The notes below the pieces were generated by a model. It was not told where the DNA came from. It saw only the letters and a list, made by a program, of their open reading frames with translations, and made no database searches. Below are positions 1-9,861 of a stretch of DNA of 64,000 nt, in pieces (within the stretch, counting starts at the first letter, position 1; every line of letters begins with the position of its first letter). The translations under genes and the position numbers were made by a program. This DNA is from an uncultured Verrucomicrobiae bacterium (GTDB taxonomy: Bacteria > Acidobacteriota > Terriglobia > Terriglobales > Acidobacteriaceae). The stretch spans positions 37,367 to 101,366 of the forward strand of contig CAWCJK010000010.1 of NCBI GenBank assembly GCA_963795955.1. The letters are read 5' to 3'.

Positions 1-50
1 GGCTTACAACCTATGCGACCCGGTTCGCCGTCTTCGCTTCTTTCTGTGCG

Positions 51-827
51 ATGCCATGGCTGTCAGCTCAAGCTCCGCCGTGGTCCCCGAGCGGAAATTG
101 GGTCGGCACCTTCGACGTAGTAAACGGTGATGGCAGCGTCGAGCCCGGGAACGCCTTCCTGTCACTGGCGCAGAGCGGGAGTAGCCTGACCGGCGGCGCC
201 GGCGACGCATCGGATCACCTAAGCCCGATCACGTCAGGCAGCGTTCAGGGCCAGAAGCTTACCTTCACCGTCACGGTGAACCCGCAAACAAAGGTGAACT
301 TTACCCTCAGTCAGGACGGAGATCATCTGCGCGGGACCGCCTCCGGCATGCCGATGGATGCAGGCTCCACCATCGTCATCGACGCGGTCCGCGCCGATCC
401 GAACTGGCACGCCGCCAATTCCGTCCCACATGCCCCAGACCACCTCTTCGAAACGGTCGCGAACCTCGACCGCGAACTCTTCGACGCCTACAACACCTGC
501 GACCTCAAGACGCTAACGACTCTCGTCAGCGAAGACCTTGAGTTCTATCACGACAAGACCGGCCTCGCCGTCGGTCGCGAGACCTTCATCAACGCCATCC
601 GCAACAACATCTGCGGCAAGACCCACCGCACTCTCACGCCCGGCTCGCTCGAAGTCCATCGCCTCGCCCACTACGGCGCCGTTGAGATCGGGCTGCACAC
701 CTTCAGCCATCCCGGCCTCGATATCGACCAGGGCCAGGCCAAATTCACTACGATCTGGCGCTACAAGGACGGCAACTGGCAAATGACACGCGCCATCAGC
801 TACGACCACGAACCCCTGGCGAAGTAG
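51..827 (+). CDS. Hypothetical protein with a C-terminal DUF4440/SnoaL-like (NTF2-fold) domain. The N-terminus is probably secreted, and the true start may lie upstream or off the window edge.
   Basis: Continuous 258-aa ORF. The C-terminal 'FDAYNTCDLKTLTTLVSEDLEFYHDKTG...FTTIWRYKDGNWQMTRAISYDH' is typical of NTF2-like DUF4440/SnoaL proteins. Confidence 0.55.
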   Translation: MPWLSAQAPPWSPSGNWVGTFDVVNGDGSVEPGNAFLSLAQSGSSLTGGAGDASDHLSPITSGSVQGQKLTFTVTVNPQTKVNFTLSQDGDHLRGTASGMPMDAGSTIVIDAVRADPNWHAANSVPHAPDHLFETVANLDRELFDAYNTCDLKTLTTLVSEDLEFYHDKTGLAVGRETFINAIRNNICGKTHRTLTPGSLEVHRLAHYGAVEIGLHTFSHPGLDIDQGQAKFTTIWRYKDGNWQMTRAISYDHEPLAK

Positions 828-2462
828 CTCGCCACGCTGCTCGCAGAACCCGTCTGCTCCGCGCAGGCTCCGTCTCCCGATACATTGGCGAAGTCAATGA
901 ACGCGCGCACCGGATCCGTGTGAAGCAGCTTCACCTGCACGCGGCACCCCACGTCCAGTCCCGCCTCGCCTTGCACTACTCGACCCTCAAACGGCGGATC
1001 CAACACACGCACGTACACGCCCTTCTCGCTCGCTCCGGTCACCACGCCGCGGAACACCTGCCCGATGCGGTCCCCCATGGCGACAGCCGCAACCCGCTTG
1101 CGCATCGCACGGTCTATCTTTCGCAGCGCCTTGTCCGCCTCGTTGCAGTGCGTTGCAATGGCGGTCAGCTCCGCATCGCTGTACGGCGGCGGGGCTCCGT
1201 CCAGCATCGCGTGCACCAATCGCTGCGTCACAAGGTCGGGGAACCGGCGGTTCGGCGCTGTGGAATGCGAATAATCCCGTGCCGCCAGACCAAAGTGACC
1301 GGTCGGATCATCGTCGGGACGCATCAGCAGGTACTCGCCGGCACCCATCAGCTTGATGACCCCAACAGCCAGGTCCGGGTAGTGATCCGGATCACTCTCG
1401 CGCTGCGCTTGCAGAAACACGTTCAGCGCAACAGGATCAGGCGCGCCAGGCAGCGTCGCCCCACGCTCCGCAGCCAGCGCAACGATTCGGTCCCATCGTT
1501 GCGGCACACGAACCACACGCTGCAACGCACTCCGGCCGCCATGCCGCAACGCCCGAGCCATCACGCCGTTCGCCGCAACCATGAGATCTTCCACCAGGTT
1601 CATGGCCCGGTTCTGGACGACCTCTTGCAAAGCCGCAATGCGACCATCCAGGACCACGGGGTCTGCTTCAGCGCGATGGAACTCGAGTGCACCGGCGGCC
1701 ACACGCGCACGATTGAGAGAATGCGCCGCCTCATCCTGCAACCGCAGCTGCTCAGCCAGCGACTCGCCGCTCGGGAGCTGACCCAAAAGCCCCCGCTACC
1801 GTCTTCGGCGCCGTATCCGATCGGAGTCCCGACAGATCTCCGCCAGCTCCACCCGCAGCGGCTTGCTCCAGCCACGGCCCCACACGCGAATACGCCATCT
1901 GCGCGCGATTCCGCACCCACGCGCGCGACACCGCCTCGTCCTGCGGCTCACCATTCGCCCCGACGGTGAAGCTCATCAGCACAGCCCGACGATCCCCGTC
2001 CTCCACCAAGGACGTAAGGTCGGTCGAAAGCTCATTCGGCAACATGGAGAAGTTTCGAACCGCCGTGTAGATCGTCTGCGTCTGCGCGGCTGCATGCTGA
2101 TCGATAGGGCTGTTCTGCGGAACCGCCGCCGCAACATCCGCAATGGCAACGTGAATGCGAATCCCGCCAGCGACGCGCTCCGCCACCTCGATCTGATCGA
2201 GATCTCTTGACGTGTCGTTGTCGATCGAAGACCAGTTGCGATCGCGCATATCGGCGAGGTCGGGAGTGGCACCGGGCTGCGGGATGTTCCGCCGAAGGCT
2301 CTGCACCTGCGCGGCAACTTCGGGGCTGAACTCCGGAATGAATCCGGCCTTGTGGAGGTCCTGCAACGCTGCAGCGGCTAGATCAAAATCGTGGTTCCCG
2401 GGCTGGCTAGACATGCCCGCCAAGCCTACCACGCAACCCGAAAGCGTCGACACGCACACCAC
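800..2462 (-). pseudogene. RNase II/RNase R family 3'-5' exoribonuclease (RNB domain plus C-terminal S1), split by a frameshift near 1752-1790.
   Basis: Two overlapping ORFs (1752..2462 and 800..1786). The upstream one carries the RNB start 'SSIDNDTSRDLDQIEVAE'. The downstream one carries the RNB catalytic signature 'HFGLAARDYSHSTAPNRRFPDLVTQRL' followed by an S1-like tail. Confidence 0.8.
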
Positions 2463-2533
2463 ACGACCACAACAAAAAGCGGCAGGGCCAAAGCCCCACC
2501 GCTTGATGCACTTCCTACTCTACTTCCTGCCTC

Positions 2534-3595
2534 TTACGCCGTCACAAGCTCCAGCTTTTCCGCAAAGTTCTTCGCGGTGCGCGCCGCCTGCGCCTGCTTG
2601 TGCCACGCATAGCCAGCGATCAGCGGAAACGCAATCGTCGCCTCAGCAAACACCATCTGCTCGTACGTAAGATCGACCTTGCCCCACGAGCTGGCTTCCT
2701 TCAGCGTCGATCCGCTCAGCGCACCATCACGCGCATCCGCCACCGTGATCTGGATCGCATACTTGTGCATCGAGGCCTCGACACCAAGAATGTCCGCGGC
2801 CACGACAATATCCTGCGCAAAGTTCTTCGGCACGCCGCCGCCGATCATCAGCAGACCCGTCGTCGGGTTCTGAATCTTGATCTGCGTCAGCTCATAAAAG
2901 TCCTTGCCCGAATCGATCGAGCACATCGGCTTACCCTGCCGGGCATGCTGATGCGCCACAATCCCGAACCCGAACGAGCAGTCCGAGAACGCCGGCACAA
3001 AGATCGGCACGTTCTTCTCGTAGCAAGCCAGCACAATCGAATCAGCGTTGCCCTTCGCCGGCGTCCGCCCATTCTCCTGCAGGTAGCGGCCCATCTCGCG
3101 AATGTACTCACGCGAGCTGTACGCGCCCGGCTTCATCCCGTCGATGATCTTCTGCGTCGTCTCGTCGCAGATGCGCAGCTCTTCCTCATCAATGAACGTG
3201 TCATAGATGCGATCGATCATCAGCTCGCGGAGGTTCGCATCGCCCGCGCCGTACTTGTACTCGTCGCCCGCAATGTAGTGCCGGAAACCCAGCGCCTCAA
3301 AGAAGTCCTGGTCCACGATGTTCGCGCCGGTCGAAACGATCGCGTCCACCATGTTGTTCCGGATCAGGTCGATGATCACCTTCTGCAGCCCCGCCGAGAT
3401 CAGCGACCCCGCCAGGCACAGAATCACGCCGCACTCCGTATCGCGCAGCATCATCTCGTAGATTGACGCCGCACGCGCCAGGTCACGCGAGCTGTACGCC
3501 ATCTTGCTCATCGCATCCACCAGCGGCACAACGTTGTGCTGCTTGATGTCGATATGCTGAATCTGATCCTTCAGAAGCTCTTTCTTCGTTGCCAT
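2534..3595 (-). CDS. Deoxyhypusine synthase-like protein (DHS/homospermidine synthase family).
   Basis: 354-aa ORF that aligns along its length with the deoxyhypusine synthase family (e.g. 'AIVSTGANIVDQDFFEALG', 'LIGGGVPKNFAQD'). A GGAGA Shine-Dalgarno sits about 7 nt upstream of the ATG at 3595 (minus strand). Confidence 0.8.
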   Translation of the reverse strand: MATKKELLKDQIQHIDIKQHNVVPLVDAMSKMAYSSRDLARAASIYEMMLRDTECGVILCLAGSLISAGLQKVIIDLIRNNMVDAIVSTGANIVDQDFFEALGFRHYIAGDEYKYGAGDANLRELMIDRIYDTFIDEEELRICDETTQKIIDGMKPGAYSSREYIREMGRYLQENGRTPAKGNADSIVLACYEKNVPIFVPAFSDCSFGFGIVAHQHARQGKPMCSIDSGKDFYELTQIKIQNPTTGLLMIGGGVPKNFAQDIVVAADILGVEASMHKYAIQITVADARDGALSGSTLKEASSWGKVDLTYEQMVFAEATIAFPLIAGYAWHKQAQAARTAKNFAEKLELVTA

Positions 3596-3890
3596 TTGAC
3601 AGTCTCCAGAGAAGCTATTGCTCTCCCGCAAGAGGTCGCTTGAAACCGAGTCTCATTCTCGAGTCCGAACCACGGCGCGCAGCGCAAGCCAGCCACACCC
3701 GTCAGCCAAACAGCCGGTCCGAACCCTCGCACACACAGCCATTCTCACCTGCTGCAGTGCGTCTCAACATGAAAGCGGAGTTCCAAATCTCTCGGCCGCG
3801 GGCCCCATCCTGCTCAACCGCATCCCGGAGTCATCTGGTCTCTATAGGATGCTTGAAAACACGCCCTGATTCAAGTTGCCACGGCCGAAA

Positions 3891-4840
3891 TCAGCGCAGA
3901 AACGCCTCAATCTCCGCATCCATCTTCGCCGGCTGGTCATACATGATGAAGTGCCGCGAATCATCCACCCGCACCAGCTTCACATTCGGCATTCCCTTGT
4001 ACTGCCCCTCGTAGATCGCGGCCACCTTCGCCGCATCCGCGCCCTGCAGCGCCGAGTCATACGGATACAGCACCAGCGTCGGCGTCTTGATCGAACTCGA
4101 CATCGGCCCGCAGATCGGTCGTCATATCCTCCGCCATCGCCTCCGCGAACACCGCCCGGTCGCTCGATACCGAGCTGGCCGTCACCAGCTTCAAACCATC
4201 AGGACTCTTCACCATCGCCGCCGCACTCTGCTGCGTGCCCGCGGCGAACTGCTCCGGCGTCATCGCCGCAAACTGCTGCTTCAAACCTTCGGCGATCGGC
4301 TTCGAACTCTCCGCCGTAGCCGCCGGATTGAACAGCGCAGAGTAGAACGGCAGCGAATCCACAATCACCATCTTTCGCACATCACCCGGATGCCTGTCCG
4401 CCAGCATCAACGCGAGCAGCCCGCCCATCGAGTGCCCCACCACATCCGGGTGCATCCCGATTGGCCGCAATGTACGCGTGCAGCTCCTCAACGATCCCCG
4501 GCAGCACGTCGGTCGACCCCGCATTGGCCCCCGCCGCCTGCCCCGCAAACCCGTTCACCTGCACCAGGTGCAGCCGGAAGTTCGGCGCCAGCTTCGCCGC
4601 CTCGGCATCCCACACCGCTCGTGAGCTCGCCAGCCCAGGAATCAGGATCACATCCGGCTTACCCGCCGTGCCCCCGTCCACAACGCTGAACCGCGTCGGC
4701 ACAAACGTCCCCGCCGGTTTTTGCGCATGCGCCTGCGGCCCGGCCAGCAACGCCACGCCCGCAGCTACCAGCACTACCACCACAAACCACCGCGCCAAAC
4801 ACTCGATCCGCTGCATCGTCACCATCTCCTTTGCGTCCAT
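3891..4840 (-). pseudogene. Alpha/beta-fold hydrolase, secreted, split into three ORFs by two frameshifts.
   Basis: ORFs 4382..4840 (signal peptide), 4057..4548 (nucleophile elbow 'VVGHSMGG') and 3891..4103 (C-terminus) together make one alpha/beta hydrolase. The frames switch near ~4450 and ~4080. Confidence 0.7.
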
Positions 4841-4900
4841 CCTCAGCGCCGCCGCACCCGCAAACCACCCGCATCCGTCAGCGATATCACATGACAGTTG

Positions 4901-5098
4901 TCACAAGCTCCGCGGCCGCCGCCGGCACGCCCACACCAGCAGCGCCGACGCCAGCACCGCCGACACCCCGATCACCACGCCAGCCAGCCAGTGCCGCCCA
5001 TGATTCACGTTGTGCGTCGACCAAATCGGCACCAGCACCGCCACGTAGATCGCCACCCAAACGCCCGCATTGTTGTTCCTTCTGCAATACCACTTCAT
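4901..5098 (-). CDS. Small hypothetical membrane protein (about 65 aa, two predicted TM helices).
   Basis: ORF starting 'MKWYCRRNNNAGVWVAIYVAVLVPIW...'. Hydrophobic and co-directional with the XRE gene upstream. No recognisable homology. Confidence 0.35.
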   Translation of the reverse strand: MKWYCRRNNNAGVWVAIYVAVLVPIWSTHNVNHGRHWLAGVVIGVSAVLASALLVWACRRRPRSL

Positions 5099-5145
5099 CG
5101 CTTCCTCCTCATTCGCTTCCAAAAACACGCGCCTGCAGCGCCGGT

Positions 5146-5337
5146 CTAGCCCTCGCTGAAAATGTCCTCAATTCGCATCCCGAACTCCCGCGCAATCCGG
5201 AACGCCAGCGGCAGCGACGGGTCATACCTCCCCGTCTCAATCGCGTTCACGCTCTGCCGCGACACCTCCAGCCGCTCAGCCAGGTACGCCTGCGACCAGC
5301 CGCGGACAGCGCGCAATTCCCGCAACCGGTTATTCAC
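5146..5337 (-). CDS. XRE-family (Cro/C1-type) helix-turn-helix transcriptional regulator.
   Basis: 63-aa ORF 'LRELRAVRGWSQAYLAERLEVSRQSVNAIETGRYDPSLPLAFRIAREF' is a canonical HTH_3 domain. Confidence 0.85.
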   Translation of the reverse strand: MNNRLRELRAVRGWSQAYLAERLEVSRQSVNAIETGRYDPSLPLAFRIAREFGMRIEDIFSEG

Positions 5338-5641
5338 CGTCGGGCACCCGGTTCCGCAGCTTCTGAAACGCCTGTGTCCCGGCCATCCCTGCGCAGAAGA
5401 TCAGAAAACCCGCAAACGGCGGCAGCGCCCCCGTGCGCGCAAACGACCGCAGAAAGTCGCTTACCAGGATCGTGCCCAGCAGCGCAGCCGTCCCGGTCAG
5501 GATCGCCTGCATGGTCATTAACCGTTGATATTCGTCCTTCTCTTCCTTCAGATAGCGACCCGTGCGCGCAATAATCGCGATCACCGGGATCGACGGAAGC
5601 ACCGACCAGAAGTACAGGAAGAAGCTGCTGGCCGCCATCAT
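5330..5641 (-). CDS. Small integral membrane protein (DUF2178-like) directly upstream of the XRE regulator.
   Basis: 103-aa ORF with three predicted TM segments. Its stop overlaps the start of the XRE gene by 8 nt. This 'membrane protein plus small XRE' pairing is recurrent in bacteria. Confidence 0.5.
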   Translation of the reverse strand: MMAASSFFLYFWSVLPSIPVIAIIARTGRYLKEEKDEYQRLMTMQAILTGTAALLGTILVSDFLRSFARTGALPPFAGFLIFCAGMAGTQAFQKLRNRVPDGE

Positions 5642-6077
5642 GCTTCACAAACCACACCGAGCACAGAGAGCACGACCGACATACGACAACATCGAACTGC
5701 AATGCGGCCCTCTGGTAACTCTTCTTCGCTGCCGAACTTCCTTTGCCTGAACACCAACCCACCGCCCCTCAATGACAAGTGAACTTTACGTAAAGCATGC
5801 TTGTCGTGTCAAGGGTGCTTGTCACAAGTTTCTCGAGAGTCTCCGGTGCGCCGAACTGACCTCATTCCAGCCGCAAAGTCGTCCCGAGCCGCTAAGTAAC
5901 CGGTTCCGCACATCTTTAGTCCGTTACCTGACTTTTAAGTCGCATCGTGCGCGCCGTCACGTGGTATCTCTCCTCCACCGCCGGGCCAAGCCACAAATTC
6001 GCGCTGCAGCAGGGGCTTCTCTGCTGTGCAGCGTCAGCAGCGACCAATTCCATTCGCGAGGTTCGATTTTGACCAAA

Positions 6078-6716
6078 ATGCTCGTACGGAAACTCCCGGT
6101 TCTACTTTGCGCGCCAGCCTTGTTGATCTTTGCCGGCGCTTCGCATGCGCAATCCGTGTTCTCAGAAAACTTCGAAGGAACAACCGCCGCACTGGGCGTA
6201 ACCACCGCGGGTCAGTTCACCGCGATCAACGGAACCAACGTCGACATCGTCGGACCCGCCGACGGATTTGGGGCTCTTTGCGCGGCGCCGGAATCCGGCA
6301 ACTGCGTGGACATGGGCGGCAGCGGCGGCAACCCTGCCGGCCATCTGGACCTCACCACGTCACTGAATCTCGCGGCCGGGGTCTACAACCTGAGCTTCGA
6401 TCTCATCGGATCCCAGCGCGGCACAACCACCAGCACTGAGGTCATCTTCGGAAACGTCTATGACCAGGTCTTCACCCTTGCCAGTGGAGACGACACCTCC
6501 GGTATCGTCAGTGTCAATCTGGCAGTCACCGGCGGCCCGACGCAGCTTCAGTTCATCGATCTGAGCGCTCCGAACAACATTGGTGCGCTGCTGGACAATG
6601 TGTCTGTCTCCGTCGCGAGCCCCGCGGCTGCAACCCCCGAACCCGGCAGTTGGCTTCTGCTCGGCACTGGCCTCCTCGGGACCGCCGGTATGATCCGGCG
6701 ACGCCTGCGGATCTGA
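6078..6716 (+). CDS. PEP-CTERM sorting-domain protein (exosortase substrate).
   Basis: N-terminal signal peptide 'MLVRKLPVLLCAPALLIFAGASHAQ'. The C-terminus 'TPEPGSWLLLGTGLLGTAGMIRRRLRI' is a classic PEP-CTERM motif (PEP, TM helix, basic tail). Confidence 0.8.
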   Translation: MLVRKLPVLLCAPALLIFAGASHAQSVFSENFEGTTAALGVTTAGQFTAINGTNVDIVGPADGFGALCAAPESGNCVDMGGSGGNPAGHLDLTTSLNLAAGVYNLSFDLIGSQRGTTTSTEVIFGNVYDQVFTLASGDDTSGIVSVNLAVTGGPTQLQFIDLSAPNNIGALLDNVSVSVASPAAATPEPGSWLLLGTGLLGTAGMIRRRLRI

Positions 6717-6831
6717 CCCGCTTTCCCGCTCAAAGCTGCATTCCAAGCCGAGAGGGTCGCGCAACGCGGCCCTCTTATCTTTTGCACCCCTTCCACCCCC
6801 GCGTCGCATCCTTGTAGCCTGTACCTCAGCC

Positions 6832-8142
6832 ATGAACGTCAACTTCGCCGAGCGCGCGCACAATCACAACTGGAAGCTCGACCCCATCGTCCGCTCGCTG
6901 CTGGACACCGACTTCTACAAGTTCCTCATGCTGCAGTTCGTGTGGAAGAACTTCCCGCGCACCACCGTCACCAGCGAGATCTGCAACCGCACCGTCAAGG
7001 TCAAGCTCGCCGATCGCATCTCCGCCAACGCCCTCCACGAGCAGATGGAGCACGTCCGCGGCCTGCGCTTCCTCCGGTCAGAGCTCATCTGGCTCGCCGG
7101 TAACACCTTCTACGGCGTGAAACACATCTTCGAGCCTGCCTTCCTCGACTGGCTCGATCACGGCTTCCGGCTCTCCCCCTACGAGATCCACGAGCACAAG
7201 GGTCAGCTCCTGATCCGCTTCTCCGGCCTCTGGAGCGAGGTCACGATGTGGGAGGTCTACGCGCTCGCGATCGTCAGCGAACTCAAGACCCGCGCGGCGC
7301 TCGCCGAACTCTCGGAGATGGAGCTGGACGTCCTCTACGCCCGTGCCAAAACCCGGCTCTGGGACAAGATCGAAAAGCTCCGCCGCGTAGAAGGCCTCCG
7401 CCTCTCCGACTTCGGCACCCGCCGCCGCCACAGCTTCCTTTGGCAGGAGTACGCCGTCGAAGCTCTCGCCGCCTCCCTCGGCGACCGCCTCACCGGCACC
7501 TCCAATACTGCGCTTGCGTACAAGCACAACCTCGAAGCCATCGGCACCAACGCCCACGAACTGCCCATGGTCATGGCCGCGCTCGCCTCCCGCGTATCTG
7601 ACGAAGCCCTTCGCAACTCCCAGTACCGCGTCTTGGAGCTATGGCAACGCAGCTACGGCGGCGAACTCCTCATCATGCTCCCGGACACCTTTGGCAGCAC
7701 GCAATTTCTCCAGAACGCCCCCGATTGGACCGCCCACTGGACCGGTGAGCGCGTCGACTCCAAGGACCCGTTCGAGGCCGGCGAAGAATACATCGACTGG
7801 CTGGAGTCGCGCGGCGAAAACCCCCGCACCAAGCGCCTCATCGCCTCTGACGCCCTGGACGTGGACGACATCATCGCGCTTCACCGCCACTTCAACGACC
7901 GCATCCGCTTCTCCGCCGGCTGGGGCACGCTGCTCACCAACGACTTTCGCGACTGCCACCCCCGCGGCGAGCACACCTTCGAGCCCATCTCCATCGTCTG
8001 CAAGGTCACCTCAGCCGACGGCATCCCCACCGTCAAACTCTCCGACAACCCCAGCAAAGCCACCGGCCCCGCCGCCGAGATCGCCCGCTACCGCAGCGTC
8101 TTCAACTCCCCCGTCCTCACCGAACAACCCGTACTGGTGTAG
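6832..8142 (+). CDS. pncB: Nicotinate phosphoribosyltransferase.
   Basis: 436-aa intact ORF with the family-defining N-terminal 'LLDTDFYKFLM' and full-length PncB similarity. Confidence 0.9.
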   Translation: MNVNFAERAHNHNWKLDPIVRSLLDTDFYKFLMLQFVWKNFPRTTVTSEICNRTVKVKLADRISANALHEQMEHVRGLRFLRSELIWLAGNTFYGVKHIFEPAFLDWLDHGFRLSPYEIHEHKGQLLIRFSGLWSEVTMWEVYALAIVSELKTRAALAELSEMELDVLYARAKTRLWDKIEKLRRVEGLRLSDFGTRRRHSFLWQEYAVEALAASLGDRLTGTSNTALAYKHNLEAIGTNAHELPMVMAALASRVSDEALRNSQYRVLELWQRSYGGELLIMLPDTFGSTQFLQNAPDWTAHWTGERVDSKDPFEAGEEYIDWLESRGENPRTKRLIASDALDVDDIIALHRHFNDRIRFSAGWGTLLTNDFRDCHPRGEHTFEPISIVCKVTSADGIPTVKLSDNPSKATGPAAEIARYRSVFNSPVLTEQPVLV

Positions 8143-8223
8143 CCCGGTCCCCTTCGCACCGGGGCCGCCTTGGGTCGTCACCCCCGAACGGGAGTTGCGT
8201 GGTACCCGGCGTACACTGACGCC

Positions 8224-8736
8224 ATGGCAACCGCTGCGCTGATTCCGGTCGAGCAGTACCTCCGCTCCGACTACGAGCCCGACGCGGAATACGTGGACGG
8301 CGAGGTAGAGCGGAGGCCAATCGGCGAGTACGACCACTCCACATGGCAACAGGCAATCGAACGGTGGTTTCTTCACCACGCAAAAGAGTGGAACGTTCGC
8401 GTTCGCTGCGAGCTTCGCGTTCAAGTCAGCCCTACCCGCTACCGTGTTCCCGACGTTGTCGTCTTCGACCGCACGCGTTCTGTGGAACAGATCCTGACCC
8501 ATCCTCCTGTTGCCGTCTTCGAAGTCCTCAGCCCGGAAGACACCATCTCTCGGCTGCTGCTGAAATTCGATGACTACGAGGGTATGGGCATTCGCAACAT
8601 CTTCATGCTTGACCCAAGAAACGAACGCGCTTACCAGTACGCTGCCGGCGGCTTGCGCGTATCCGAACGCGTAGTCGCGGTCGCAGGCTCGTCCGCACTC
8701 GTGGACTGGCAAGCCATAGCGGACCTGCGCGATTGA
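8224..8736 (+). CDS. Uma2-family (DUF820) putative restriction-endonuclease-like protein.
   Basis: 'IPVEQYLRSDYEPDAEYVDGEVE...RYRVPDVVVFDRTR...VAVFEVLSPEDTISRLLLKFDDYEGMGIRNIFMLDP' matches the Uma2 PD-(D/E)xK-like pattern. Confidence 0.7.
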   Translation: MATAALIPVEQYLRSDYEPDAEYVDGEVERRPIGEYDHSTWQQAIERWFLHHAKEWNVRVRCELRVQVSPTRYRVPDVVVFDRTRSVEQILTHPPVAVFEVLSPEDTISRLLLKFDDYEGMGIRNIFMLDPRNERAYQYAAGGLRVSERVVAVAGSSALVDWQAIADLRD

Positions 8737-8836
8737 CGGCCCACTTTTGGCAGGCTTCGGCCCAGGGATGATCCGCGCTGGCGTGGACCCGCGACATTCA
8801 CCTGGGTTATCGACAGCTCGCTCTATACTTCCCCCA

Positions 8837-9824
8837 ATGCCGCTTCACCGCTCGCTCGCTCGCATCGCCATCGCCTCCGCGTTGATCCCGCTCATGACCA
8901 CCCAACCCGCCTGGGGCTGGGGCCGCGACGGTCACATGATGATCAATCGCCTCGCTATCCAATACCTCCCGACAGATGTTCCGGCCTTCCTCCGCAACGG
9001 CAACGCCCTCGACATCGTCGAGTACGAAGGACCCGAGCCCGATCGCTGGCGCAATCAGGCCGAGGCGGAACTCTCCAGCACACAAGCCGCCGATCACTTC
9101 ATCGACCTCGAATGGGCCGACCTCGCCGGTGCGCACGTGCACAGCCACGACATCAGGCTGCGGGCCCGAAGGCACGATGCTCCCAAAGAAGCGCTACGAC
9201 TTCATTCGCGCCCTGTACGCCGCCCAGGCGAGGCATCCCGACATCCCGCTTCAGCCCGACAAGGTGGGCATGCAGCCCTGGCAGGTCGAAGAGATCTGGG
9301 AACGGCTCAAATCCGACTTCCGCGATTACCGCAAACTCGCCGCCGCCAATGAAGACACATCCGGCGTGAAAACGATCATCCTCTTCGAAGCCGGTTGGCT
9401 CGGCCACTACGTCGCAGACGGCTCGCAGCCCCTGCACGCCACCATCAACTACAACGGCTGGGCCGAAAAGACCAACCCCAACGGCTACACCACCGAGCAC
9501 CACATCCACTCTCAGTTCGAGTCCGTGTTCGTCAGCGCCAACATCAAACCGCGCGATGTCGACCCGCTCGTCGCAGCCGCCAAGCCTCAGGTCGTGAACG
9601 ACGAGTGGACACAGTACCTCGCCTACATCCATCATTCAAATACACTCGTCGAGAAGACATACCAGCTTGAAAAGGCCGGAGGCTTCACCGATGCGGGCAC
9701 GCCCGACGGGAAGGCCTTCACCGAAGAACGCTTGGCTGCCGGTGCCATCGAGCTTCGCGATCTCATCTACTCCGCCTGGGTCCATTCCGCGGACCCGGTC
9801 CAGGAGTTTCACGGGCCCCAGTAA
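8837..9824 (+). pseudogene. S1/P1-family nuclease, secreted, with a frameshift near 9140-9180.
   Basis: Signal peptide followed by the 'AWGWGRDGHMMINRLA' S1/P1 N-terminal hallmark in ORF 8747..9352. The rest of the fold ('LGHYVADGSQPLHAT') is in ORF 8976..9824 in another frame. Confidence 0.7.
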
Positions 9825-9861
9825 CCAAACTGCCGGGCCACTGCAAGGGATCCATCACCGA

